A DNA stretch of 64,000 nt. Origin: Blasia pusilla (taxonomy: Eukaryota). Positions within the stretch are counted from its first letter, which is position 1; every line of letters begins with the position of its first letter. The position numbers and the translations under genes are program-made. The DNA lies in assembly GCA_050084515.1 (NCBI GenBank), contig CM114271.1:21142001-21206000 (forward strand). Direction: 5' to 3'. A model generated the notes under the pieces. It saw only the letters and a list, made by a program, of their open reading frames with translations, searched no databases and had not been told where the DNA came from. This document shows, one piece after another, positions 10,558 to 23,020 of the stretch.

Positions 10558-13500
10558 TGATTATTATTGGAAAATGCCTTCTTGATTTGCAAACACCTCT
10601 ACGTTTGACATGTGCTATTTATAAATTATTTAAAATTTTATGATCCTTATTACTTCATTTTTTCTCCACATGACATATCCACATATTTGATAGATAATTT
10701 TTGCCCCTCTCTCTAAGGCTCCATCCAACCCAATCACAAATTTGATAATTAATTTCCCCTTCACTCTAAAGCTACATTAATATTATAATTGGAAAGTGTC
10801 TTGATTTGCAAACATGGTATGCTTGATATGTGACATGGAAAGAAAATCCATTCTAAAACAAAACACGATTGATCTCTGTAATAGACCGACTTCCGTGCAC
10901 TTGATTGAGTGCGTTACGCTTGTCCATGCACTTGACTCCCATTCAATACACTCGTCCAGCCTAGGCTGTGTGGCGACACAGCCTTCAGACGTGCAAATGT
11001 GAGATGCGTCTTTCTCCGCTTGAGCGAGACATCTTTCTATCTCCCATTTTAATATTAGTTGGTGGGGGCCGCGCGTACGCGAGCCCCCTCTGGCACAAAT
11101 TACGACGTGCATTTTCCCCTTGGGGAAATGCTACAGCTCGCCCCACCGTAGTGCAATGGTGAGGCTCGCTCTAGGCTATCGCCCTTTCGGATCAGCGATG
11201 AACCCCGCCCAGGTAAGTATACACGTCTACCGTCGGTGTTTGTGTATATACTCGGTGGTATTACCTGGGACCTTATTTGCTTATGGTTTTATTAGAACGG
11301 CTTCCCAACATCTGATTCTTGTACTTGTGTCGATTTCTCGAGATCTTGTGGAGGTCGTGATTTTGGAAGGGTGTAGGACGGAGGACATATTTACAGTCGG
11401 GAGCTGCTGATCGGAAAAGCATTGCATTGGAAGATTTCGGTGCAAAGTCGCGAACGAGGCTCAGACTTGAAGATTGTTTTCGGGTGGTGTCTAGAATTCT
11501 TTCCTACTCATGTCCTCGTGGATTACAGTGTGTTGGCCGATGCGTTGTGCACCGTAACAGAGTTGAGCGATCCAATTCGGACCGCGTTGCGCCGTCCTCG
11601 CTTTTGATACTTTGGTAAGGTGGCGCATGATCTTTCTTATCCCTGGAAGCAGTGCAATCTGAGCGTTGAGATATGTCGCTCAGAGCGATTGGAAGTCTTG
11701 ATAGTGTTGCAGCCCTCCCATGCGAGGAGAAATTCCCCTCAATTACAGAGCTGGGAGGGCCTACTCTGTCCGATACAAAGACTACTCGATTCTGATCTGT
11801 CAGCTTTCCCTTCGTGCTTGTATGTATCTAGGTCAGACGATTCAATCGGTACCGCGATAGTGTTCGCAGATACTTTATTGTGAGCCTTGACTGAAACTCA
11901 GTCACCGATGGAAAGCTGACGGTTTCTCCTCGTCTTGGCCGCGTCTTCGCAGCCTAAAGGTTTACCTTCACAGTCGTGATGATTCATGAAGGTCAGGAAC
12001 AGAGAATGGAATGCCGAGCTTTCTATGTGCCGACTCTGGTGGCCCGTCGATCGTTCCACGATTTAGTCATGTATAGCCATCCAACAGACATTCAGAGTTT
12101 CGTCTGTAGTCCTAGCCAACAGATTCATGGCTTACAGCGGTTGGCACGGCGTCTTGTCTACAGGACCGTCGCCGCTGGTATGGACAATTCCAAACTAGAT
12201 GGAGAGCTCCAGTTCCATCTTCGGCCCGCTGTAGCGACGCATATTTGACAATCGGTACATTGCTTAAAACGACTCAATTCCTGAAGGAACTCCATAGATT
12301 GTTGGGACAGTCTTCAAAACTAAGTCCTCGGATTCACCACGTTGGACGCTACCGCCTCAAGCGCGGAAACTCTCCTCAGTGATCAGAGTCGGTGTGTGCG
12401 TCATGCGGCGCCAAGCCTTTAGAGAGTCTGTCTTTAGAGGCTCGAAGGGGTCTGTTACGGGGATGAGAAAATTCAATGAAATGTGGTGAGATTGATGGAG
12501 GATGACAAAGAGGATTGAAATGGGGCGACTTCCGAACGGTCGATTACGAGGGAATTGCAATCTGCAATCGCAAAATACCGTAAGCTTCCGTGTCAAGCTC
12601 ATCCGCAAGACCCATGTGCGCTTCCTGCGCCATGGTTGTTAGTGAAGGCTCAGAAACACGTTTCCAAGATGGGCCGCTCATTCCGTAACAAGCCAACGGC
12701 TCCATACAATTCACATATGGCCGAGATATTTTTCGATGCTGGCATTGCTGTAGCAGGCTGACCTCGTGACCTGTTTTGGCTCGGTAAGCTTGCCGAAGGA
12801 CGAAGTTCGGGCTCTGTCTGACACGCCGGGGCCAGGACTTCTGCAAGCGGCGTTGCTGCAAAGGGACCCACTCCTTGATCGTGCCCTCGGAGCCAGCGTA
12901 CTGGCTATCACCGGCCTCCAGGACCCTTCAATCGATGGCACCAGGCAATCAACCATAGTAGTGTGCGGGAGGTGGCGCGTGGACACAGCTGCCTTCGCGT
13001 AGCAGCACAATCATGAACGAGACTAACCTAGCAAAACAGTCAAGGACGTTTCCAGTCGTGCCGAAGAAGATTGTGACCACGTAATCAGCGGGTCTCCTGT
13101 ACTGCTTGTATGCGATCCGGTGTACCATTAACCGATCCGCAAAACAACGATGATCCCGGTGAGCCCGTAAGAGGGAACCGCTTTCCTCGCCCCTCGAAAG
13201 GACCAACATGAGACATCAGGAGTTGGGCACCCGGACTGACCTGACAGACTGAATCGAAATATCTGCTCCCTTGGGCTTACTACCGAGATATAGAGGTTTG
13301 CCAGGTATTCTCGGATCGCTTCATCATTAACTGAAGGATTACTCATGGACAACAAGACCATCTACTGATTCGACCCACAAGCCTAAGACGACCATCTATA
13401 CTCATAGACTTCCATTTCTCCTGTAAATATACCTCTTCCAAGATTTTGAGCGATGAGTGAGCCTACACTTCGCGGAATGCAGTAGATAGGCAGTAGGGAG

Positions 13501-14023
13501 GGTACATTTCAAGAATTCACCTAGTCGCACTGTGTCCACGTCTTCCAAAATCTATTTGTGCTATCATCTAACGATAGGAGATGGGAGAACATTCAATCTA
13601 AAGGTTAGATCTCAGCTAGTTATCTCCGTAGACTCTGGAACACACGGTGCTGCTATCAGCGTGTTGACTAAGATGTCAGATGCATGAGTGCGTATAACAC
13701 TAACGAAAAGCATATGGTGCAGCTAAAATTGCTTCACGAGTTCGGTCCTGCAATGAGGGGAGTGAGCAACCAACGAAGAAGATAGATCAGTGAAAGTGAA
13801 CTCCCATGAATTTTCCCACCAATCAGGCATGGATTCCGCCGCTTTGATAATTAGGTGTCACACTCAAAAGACACAATCGTCTTGTGAATCAAGTTTCGAT
13901 GAACTTGCAGAAAGTGGTCACATTCGATTGCAAATCAGTAATTCTCTACGAGTACTTTTGCCCAAAAATGTAATGCAATGAGGCTGGATGTGCGCAGGTT
14001 AAGTAGGTGCAGCATCAAAAGGA

Positions 14024-14755
14024 TCACCCAACGAGAGCCTTCTCAATTTCTCTGCTGACGGTTTCAGGGGATTTCTCAGCATGAAGATTGGCCACTAGAC
14101 CCTTGCGATCGTAGTAGTTGATAACGGGGGCGGTCTGCTTGTGGAAAGCCTCAAGTCTGCTCTTCAAGACGCTCACCGTGTCGTCCTTTCGCTGGATCAA
14201 CTTCTCGCCTGTAATGTCATCAATCCCGGGCTTTTTGGGAGGGGCGAACTTGGAGTGATACGATCGACCACTGGCAGGATGAATCCACCGACCGGTGATG
14301 CGCTCTTCCAGGATAGAATCTGCAATTTTAAAGTTGAGAACCTTATCCACCTTGACTCCCTTTTCTGCGAGCATTTCATCAAGTTTTTGAGCTTGCACCA
14401 CAGTTCGAGGAAAGCCGTCTAGAATAAAGCCCTTCGCACACGCTGGGCGCTGTAAGGCTTCATCAATGATACCTACCACAAGATCATCAGTCACAAGTTC
14501 TCCCTTGTCCATGGCCTTCTTCGCCATTACTCCCAGGGGAGTTTGGGCAGCCACCGCAGCCCTGAGCATGTCTCCAGTTGCCAGATGACACAAGCAATGT
14601 TGTTCTTTGATCACAGGCGATTGCGTGCCCTTGCCGCAACCAGGTGGTCCGATGAGTATGACACGCTTCTCCGGTTTCGTGGCACATTTCATTCGCCTCA
14701 TCAACTCAGCCATCAACGCGTCGTTGGGAACATCTTCCAAGTTTGGAGACGACAT
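14024..14755 (-). CDS. ADK: Adenylate kinase (plant ADK3/ADK4 type), 243 aa, no intron in the CDS
   Basis: Intact ORF with P-loop '[11 protein letters not shown]', 'HLATGDMLR', '[10 protein letters not shown]', LID '[13 protein letters not shown]' and 'LIQRKDD'; plant-type N-terminus '[11 protein letters not shown]'. Confidence 0.97.
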   Translation of the reverse strand: MSSPNLEDVPNDALMAELMRRMKCATKPEKRVILIGPPGCGKGTQSPVIKEQHCLCHLATGDMLRAAVAAQTPLGVMAKKAMDKGELVTDDLVVGIIDEALQRPACAKGFILDGFPRTVVQAQKLDEMLAEKGVKVDKVLNFKIADSILEERITGRWIHPASGRSYHSKFAPPKKPGIDDITGEKLIQRKDDTVSVLKSRLEAFHKQTAPVINYYDRKGLVANLHAEKSPETVSREIEKALVG

Positions 14756-15815
14756 CTCCGGCCGCTCGTGTCACGATGCGACGACGCCTCACCTCTTCGC
14801 AAAGCTTCACTTCAAGAGCTACTCGATGAGTTTCGCAGATGCTCCACTGCAATTCCTCCACCAAGGTGAGTCCCGGCACAATAATGATCCAAGGCTTCTA
14901 CTATTGGCTACCTTCTCTCCATCCCAGTATTTCTCGGTTTCGATCTGACGACTAGCTCTGACCTATCCGAGATCACCACAGGTAGCTGAAGGGTACAAGC
15001 CACATCCTCGTTGCAGAATCCTCCAACGACATAATTCAATACATTAAAGCATAAGCGGCGTTCCAAGCATTTCACCACACTCAGATAAAAGGTGTCTATG
15101 GCATACCAGAGCGCATCGAAAGTGGTAAAGAAGTAGGCGTTGTCGAGCTGGATGATCACGCCGTTCTGCGCAACAGGTCCATCACTCAAACAAGATCAAT
15201 TCGGTGCAAACCTCCAGCCGAGTCAAACCAGCGCCCGCCTCACCGTCGTCCTTTCGATCTTGAGAGTTCCGGCCCTAATGCGTGCACGGAGCGGATTGTT
15301 GCGAAGCTCTGATAGTTCTTCAATTTCCTGCGTCCATGGATCGATTCCACCCTCTTCCGGCCACAAGTCCTCGGTTCTGCAGTAGACGATGTTTGAACCC
15401 GACAGCTTCGACTGAGCCTGTGTTAGGGTTCACTCTCTCATGCCCAGGCAGACAGACGGCAGCCTTCCTCCCGAGGTCAACCAAACACAGTCGATCGATG
15501 CTGCCCTGTGGATGGATGGATGTCCCGGGCAGGCGTTCTTATCGCAACACTCGCGACGAGATCATCAATTTCGCGACCTTCTTGCGAGCGATAGTGACAG
15601 ACTCTCGCTCCCCTTTCCCTCCTCCTCTTCCTCTCTCTGTCTCCTCGTCGCGAGTGCTCTTTTCCTCCCTAATTGTGTCTCCCCTAGTCGGGCCCTTCTC
15701 GTAGCTCTCTATCCACCCCCCTCCTTTGTGTGACCTCCTTTCCATCATGCGTTTTTATTGGAGTTCACCACTCTAAGTAGCTGAAACTAAAACTCTTGTT
15801 TTCCACTTATAACAA

Positions 15816-16360
15816 CTAGGAAGGTGCCCTCGCGATTCACGGGAAATAAAAGATTGTTTAAGTAGTTTTTGTTAGGGAGCATGTGTTTAATGAAGGGAGT
15901 ATGTGAAACAATTTTTTGTTGCCCATAGTATGTGAAACATTTGTACCCATGTGCCACATATTAAATCACAAAGGTGTTTGCAAATCAAGAAGACACTCTC
16001 CCATAATAATTTAAATTACAATTACCAAGTCTCGTGGACAGTATGAAAAGAATCTGAACTTGGATTATTGCGAATTGTTATCATATATGGAAAAGTGATC
16101 ACTTATGGACATTATAAGTCATGGCGGCCATCCAAATATGGAGACTGGAGAAGTTTGATAGTCATGATCTAGGCAGAAAATGTAACATGAATCACATGGC
16201 ATGGCCAATCTATGTAATTAAAAGAGGACGGGGTTTGACATATGTCCTCTAAGGGCTCTTATGGTGTCGACACATGTCACTTTGAGAGAGGGAGTTGAAT
16301 TAAGGAGAGATAATGAAAAAATTAAGTATCACTCGAGCGCATAGCAGAAGCACCGGCTAG
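15816..16360. mobile_element. Two short non-autonomous Helitron-like elements (~15816-16010 minus; 16209-16360 plus)
   Basis: CTAG plus hairpin 'gccctcgcgattcacggg' at 15816. A|TCTATGTAATTAAAAGAGGACGGGGTTT...CTAG|T at 16209-16360. The motif 'ggtgtttgcaaatcaagaag' is shared with 22630-23020 and, reversed, with 10575-10600. Confidence 0.6.
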
Positions 16361-16699
16361 TCCCTTCTAGTAACAAACATGGAGAACTTGAGCAAATGAG
16401 AAAATGATAGGAACTCAATTTTATAATATATGAGTTTTGACAACAAAGTTGCTCACAATTTGAATGTGCACAATAGACCAATCACGTACAATATGATAAC
16501 ATGATAGTATCATGGCTTTTAGACCAAGATGGGCCTCTTTCATGCGTCCTAACTTTAGAAGGGAAATATATGATATGAATATAAGAAGATGAATCCATAG
16601 AAGTACAAAAAGGGCATACTTAGAGCGTCCAAGAAATCTAACACCTCACCTGGCCGAGTAGAACCTCTGCAATCTAACTTCACCAAGGTCTAAAGTGCC

Positions 16700-17696
16700 T
16701 GTCGCGCCCCTACTCTCCTTGAACGTCAATCTTTAGTGTTGCGGAAGCGAGCGTCGTTGATGGGTCATTTAACTCATCGCGATCGCACCCAAACACGCAC
16801 TCGTTAGTCGGGTTTGGCCAACCGGCGTTCAACCCACCGAGTCCTAAACTCGGCGTCTCATCAAGCTCAACCTTCCTTAGTTCCTAGCTCCCAACACATG
16901 GCAAGTCCTTCAAGACTTGGAACAGACTTCTGGTTAGTCCAGGGATCAAACGGCACTTGCACGCCTAGCGATCCCAACTGTTCAACGGTCCTCGTGTGAG
17001 TTCCGAACCGAGACCCAAGTAATTGAGTCGCGGCGTGAAATCCAAGAGGGATGTCTAAAATCGCCTCAATGGACTTGGTGCAGGTTTTCCAACCCAACGC
17101 CCAAACTCGCGTTCCGTTCCATGCTCTTGAGCCGCCCCGCGGCGCCCAAAGTGGGGTTTGGGTTCCAAGCACTCTCGGAGACCTTCCCCCTTACTAGTAC
17201 TTCTGGGGTTCTCCAATAACCCCTCCCCTTTGGGAAAAGAGGTTCGGGCCCTTCATTGTGGCCCTCAACCCGACTCCACTTACATTCGTTTTCGGGTTGT
17301 ATCTCGGCCACTGCTTATGCGTTTGCAACGATCTTTAGTGCGTTTTGACCGGCTCTCCATAAGCTTTCCAACGCACCCTTATTTGCTCCAGACGCATCTC
17401 GGCGCTAAAAGTTATGGCTAGAAATACAGTCAGAAACTCTCAAACGCAAGTGGCGTTCCAAATCCGGATCTTTCCTTTGGCAACCCACTTCCTAGACTCG
17501 ACTTCTTTCAAGTCTCATTCCACGTTTGGTCCAGGTTTCTGAGTTGCGACCATCACATCTGAAACGCGACTTCTCGCTCACGTCTCGTCTCTTGTCTCCT
17601 CTTTGAGACAACTCCAACGCGCAAACCATCTTAGCGTGAGCCCGCTAATGTTCCAATGTTCCGCTTGGCACTTGTTTGGTCATGAGGGTCGCGACT
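16700..17696 (-). mobile_element. Solo LTR (~1.0 kb family), reverse orientation, TSD GTGCC
   Basis: GTGCC|TGTCGCGCCCC...GGGTCGCGACT|GTGCC; close reverse-complement match to 38509-39535. Confidence 0.92.
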
Positions 17697-17701
17697 GTGC
17701 C

Positions 17702-18680
17702 CATCCTAGCGAGTACCTTGAAAGCAGTCAGAATTGTGAGTTAAATTAAGAGAGACCCACCAAAGTTGAAACCTAGATTAGCTAGTCAGGAGACTAGTAT
17801 TGGCAGTAGAGCCAAGCGTGGGACTAGCGCAAGTTGAGATTGGCACGTGCCTTGAGACTGACCTTAGGTGAGAAAGGGCGTAACCACTAAGGGAGAGAAG
17901 GGCTAGAAAAGAAAGATGTAAGATCATTGAGTCAAGATCCATATTAAGAGTGAATAGTAAGGAGCACTAGAGTGGTCAAGAAGTACAAGAACCCATGAGA
18001 CTAGTCACGAAACACGAAGGGCGGCAAGATGACCATGAGATGCCAAACAATAGGAGTGGAGACGGACACTAACCATGAGTCACAAGAGACGCAAGTCCAA
18101 GCTCCAAGTTGTGTTTGGGAAGTTGGGAGTTTCAAAATCTTCAAGAAGACTTCTCCAAGCTATTTCGGGAGGTAACTAATCAAATATGGGCCTATTGGTC
18201 GCGAACCACGTTTGGGTTATGGACCAAAATGAAGTGCTCGGGACGGTTGTTAGGAAAGGTGAGGATCCCTTCGAGAACCTCAAAATCAACTATAGGGGGG
18301 GGGGGAGGGGAGGGGGGGGAGACCCTCTCCATGCCTACCCGCTCAAATCCATGAATGAGGAATTAAGCATGATGCGGGTTTGGCCATATTTCACGTTTGA
18401 GTTAAGGAACCATTTGGAACTCGCCTTGAGGAAATAACCAACTTGCTCGATTTATAGGAGTGACTTGGGAAGATTACTTGAGGCTTGGTGAAGAGGCTTC
18501 CTAGGTAGATGGTATGCACCTAGAGAAACTTGGAACTGATTAGCACTTGGCGGTAACGCAACTGTCTACAAAACGCGCGACCGGTTGAGTGTTTTCAACC
18601 CAAGACTTTTGCTTGCAAAGCTTAAGGTTGGGAGCGCTTTGCAAAGGGGTAGAGAGGAGTAGAGGTTAAACTCTACGACA
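17702..18680 (+). repeat. Older LTR-like repeat; related fragments at ~20400-20960 (-) and ~25140-25810 (-)
   Basis: 'gacccaccaaagttgaaacctaga..agctagtc' at ~17753 is present reversed at ~20835-20870; ends '...ctacgaca'. Boundaries are approximate. Confidence 0.55.
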
Positions 18681-19699
18681 AAGAAAAATTTCCACAATAA
18701 ATTAAAAGCATATATTATTTTTATTCATCCCATAATCTTCATCTATCAAAAGTAATTTTTTTAATATTTTTATTATTACTTGTATTAGGATTAAAACTTG
18801 TAGAATGTTTTCGTAATGTGTCATTTTCAAATGTGAAAACTAAAAAATTATTTATTTGATTTTCAATTAATGAGTTTATGAAGATGTCATTGAGACTTTT
18901 GTAATTAGTCACGTCCAAATTTTTTTAAGATTTTCATCATTTCATCATTTTATCATTACATAATTAATTTATGATAGTTTTTGAAATATTTTTCTAATAT
19001 ACTTCTCCTTTCAATTATAGTAAATTTATTTTTTTTAATTATACCATTGGGAAAAATTGAACTCTTTTTTTGTATGGTACTTATCATTGAAAGTAAAAAA
19101 AAATCCATGAAGACTACATATCCTTTCTTTTGAATGTCAAAATGAATTTAAGTTAAGTTTAGTGCTAAGAATTTCTTACAAAATTTTCCCCTATGTTTTA
19201 AAATATAATTATTCTTCTACATTTCCTCCAAAACAATATTTTGGATGAGAAAAATATGAAATTTTGAAAATGAAATGGGAAGAAGGAAAGAGAATTTTTT
19301 TCAAAAGGACATATAGAGAATTTTGAATGGGGAAAAGGAAGTGAAGAATAAGATAAACTTTTCAAAGGAGCATGCGAGGGTAGGAAGAGAGAAAGGTAAA
19401 AATTTCATAAATTAGGATTTCATAAGGAAAAAATTCTTTAAATATTTAACTTTCAATAAGAGGGAATATTGTGCTTATACATATCTATACATGGACATGT
19501 ATATATATTTAATTTTGATTCACTCCAAAATTCCCCAACTTCTTGTAATCATATTGAACAAATGGTGCTCTCTACAAAGGATGAGGCATCACTTGTACTT
19601 TACCATCCTCCCAAACTAGCAAAACATGTTTCTCCTCCCACTTGAACTAGCTCGCTCTCTATAGGATCTAATCTTACTCTTTGGTATCCACCATGCCCG

Positions 19700-20390
19700 T
19701 TATGATGTCAATGCATAAGTACTTCAAAACTACCGGATCCTTGTGGATATCTCGGTCACCTATCGCCTCTTGACCGTCCTTTTGATGGGGAGACTCTCCA
19801 TCTAACCTAGTCTTCAAAGTTCATGTTGTATAGCTCTTCACGGTCAATAAAGACCAAATAGGAAAATGTGTACCATGCATGCATCATATCCTCATCACTC
19901 TCATAATGTCAATAAGCTCCAATTGCATCTCATTAACTCGTACATAGGCTTCCACTCAAACCATCTATATCTTGATTCAATCTCCTAGGTTGATGTACCA
20001 CTTAGAAATCATACTCCTTCAACAACAAAGCCCATTTGAAAAGTTTCCTTCTAACCTTGTTACATTCCATCAACCATTTTAGTGGTTTGTGATCAATGAT
20101 GAGAATAAAGGGTTATGGAACAAATAACACATGAAATGCGTGACGGCCCATAATGCAGCCAAGCACTCTCCATTGAATGAACTACACTTTGCCTCTCCAA
20201 CATTGTTCAAGATGCTAGTATAAGCCACTATGAATTCCCTACCCTCATTGTCATGATGGATGACAACCGCTCCCAATCCCAACGTGATCAAATTAGTGTG
20301 CAATTGGAAAGGATGCACCCTACGTGGTCTCCTCAACATAGGTACGGATGTCGATGTTGAGCAATTGAAAATGGTCTCTCCTATGTGTTG
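19700..20390 (-). mobile_element. Gypsy RNase H relic of the same lineage as copies 1 and 2
   Basis: ORF 20079-20339 'LRRPRRVHPFQLHTN..TLGLGAV..HDNEGREFIVAY..GECLAALWAVTHF' aligns with 2932-3321. Confidence 0.85.
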
Positions 20391-22629
20391 ATTATTTCCG
20401 CAAAGCTTGTTGCGGATTTTAGCTCAAACCTAAAACATGGCTAAATATGCATCACGATTAATCCCTTGTTGATGGAGTTGAACATGTAGGGAGGGAGAGT
20501 GTTCCCCCCTATAGGTACTTCTAGAGTTCTCCATGGAAACACTACATTCTCCATTTTTTGTCCCAAGCCCTTGATTTTGGCCCCTAACCCAAACGTGGTT
20601 GGTGACCCGCAAACTTGTGTTTGACTAGTTACCCCCCAACTATGAGGCAGAATCTTCTTCTAGATTCTTGCAGATTCCCAAACGCATCTTGGAGCTTGGA
20701 CCCGCATTTTTTTATTTCATGTCGAGGGCTTGTCTTGACTACACCTCTTTCTCGCCTAAAGCTAGTCTCAAGATGCTTGCTTGTTTTGCTTAACTTTAGT
20801 CCCACGACCACTTCCACCTATGTTCCTAATCTTGCGACTAGCTTGTCTAGGTTTCAACTTTGGTGGGTCACACCAAGATCTTTTCTCCTTAGATCAAAAA
20901 TCATGAATTTTTTCTTGAATCCCTACTAGCGTGAGCTCCATAAATTTAACTATTCGCGACACCTTGAGTATATGCTGTGACCTAAAGTGTAACCCAAATA
21001 CACAATCTAGTCATAGAAAAACTTGCAATTGCATGGACGTAACTTTTTCCCACGTAACATCAATCGTTGAAATATCTCTACAAGTTGTTGCTCATGGTAC
21101 TTAACCACGGTACTAAAGACTAGGATGTCATCAATCTAACAATGAGCATAATCCAAGTTTGCCAAGATTCTCTCTACGAACCTTTAAAAATCCTTTGGGG
21201 CAATGATAGAATCTACCTATTCCTCAAGATTAGATGCACAGTATTGATGATGGACCAAGTTGCTCCAATTACAATATTTTATCTTGTCAAACCAAAGCTT
21301 CTCTCATGGAGAGAGGATGGGATTACAGACCAAACAAGGGATATCACAATTTTTTCGCCTCATGCAAAAGAGGTTCAATAAAGAGAGAATGAGCTTCTAA
21401 ACTCTCCCTTTGAAGTATGTCTATCCTCTCTCTCTTCGATGACCCATGCAAGTAACCTCCATGATCCTAAACTTGAAATAGTGAGACGAGTGTCCTTTTT
21501 ATAAATAATAAGGAAAATATCTCGAAATAGAGAACTTGCCTAAAATAGCAAGTTCCTAATTTGTCCCTAGCCTTTCATTGGGAAATGAGATAAGATAATG
21601 AAGGAGGGCACAAGGGAAAAAAAGAAGAAGGTAGAAACACACCCTTTCCATTCATCCACATAATAGAGGTATCCAAAGGATAGAGATTGAAAATAAATTT
21701 CATGAGTAGATTAGAGAGATTGAATGATTTAATATGATATGGAACTGGCATATATGAAATGGGAAAGAATACTAGAGTTTTTCTAGAGGTTCTCTCCTAA
21801 AGGTTTGAGTCTCTCTAAAACAATACATCTCACAACACATGAACACTATAAATATGAAATGGAATCCGAATTTCAATTATATAATTTCTCTTTTAAGTGC
21901 TTCTTTGTTATTATTTAATTTAGAAAACAATCATAATTAAACCCTTTCTAGCAATGATTAGTTAGTGTGTCCATGTTTGCGTACTAAAATGATTTTAAAA
22001 GTAATTTCTAAATATTTTCATTTCAAAATTTAAATATGATGTCCACTTTCTTAAATCTTAAAAGAGTAACAACATTCCAATCTTCTTAATAATTCGATCG
22101 CTTCATAAAAGTTTAAAGCTTACATACTCCTCCCCTTCCACTCCTTCCACGAAAGTAACACCCACTAGCTATTTCATTGGTTAATCTAAATTAATGAAAT
22201 CATTTTCCTCTACCATTCAAATTCATTTCCTAAAATATCAAATGTATATTAAGGGAAAAACTTATAAAATTTTTATTATTTATCTTTTTATGTCATTATT
22301 TTATCTTATTGTGCATATAAGGTAGTCAATAATAATATAATTTTAAAAATAACAATTAATAAAACTAGTAAGGATCCTAAGGGACCATGCCATATACTCT
22401 TTGGGTTTAATAATTCAAGTTTTAATGTCACTCTTCTTACTATTCTCCCTACTAGCGTAAGCGCTTGCAATGCACGTGTTTATATTACCTTCCTTATTTA
22501 ATTCTCAAATGCCATTTCAAATCAATTTTGAATGATTTTAAGAATTCAAAAGGCAAACCATCCCATTAACTAAAAATGTCAAAAGGAGAGGAGTTTGCAA
22601 AATCAAGAGACACTCAATAATAAGAGAAA

Positions 22630-23020
22630 CTAGTGGGCAGCTCGTGCGTGCACGCGAATGAAGGGAAATTTTTTCTTGTTGCCTGTAGAAGGGAAATATT
22701 TTCTTACTACTCAGTTGCCACGTCTCAAGCAAAAAGGTGTTTGCAAATCAAGAAGAAATTGTCCAATAGTAATATAGATAGGTGTGATCTCAAAAATACT
22801 TTTAAAGAATAACTAGTAAGGTGCTCGTGCGATGCATGCGAAATTTAAAAATGTTCGGAGAGCTAGTGTAAAACCCGTGAAAGGAAGAGATTAATGATGT
22901 TGCACACAATTTTTTTTTTTTTTTCTGCCAGTAACATGTGAATCATTTTCTTATTGTCCAATTATTTCTTGTCAAGTATAAAAGTATCTACAAATAAGAA
23001 AAACACTCTCCCATAATAAT
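22630..23020 (-). mobile_element. Tandem short non-autonomous Helitron-like elements (22630-22778; 22813-~23020)
   Basis: On the + strand each starts with aCTAGt plus a hairpin ('gctcgtgcgtgcacgcg', 'gctcgtgcgatgcatgcg') and contains the shared 'caaat(c)aagaa' motif. The first ends 'aatataga', which is 5' TC on the minus strand. Confidence 0.6.

Noticed and set aside
14141-14948. Plus-strand ORFs overlapping ADK
   Set aside because: They are antisense shadows of the real CDS.
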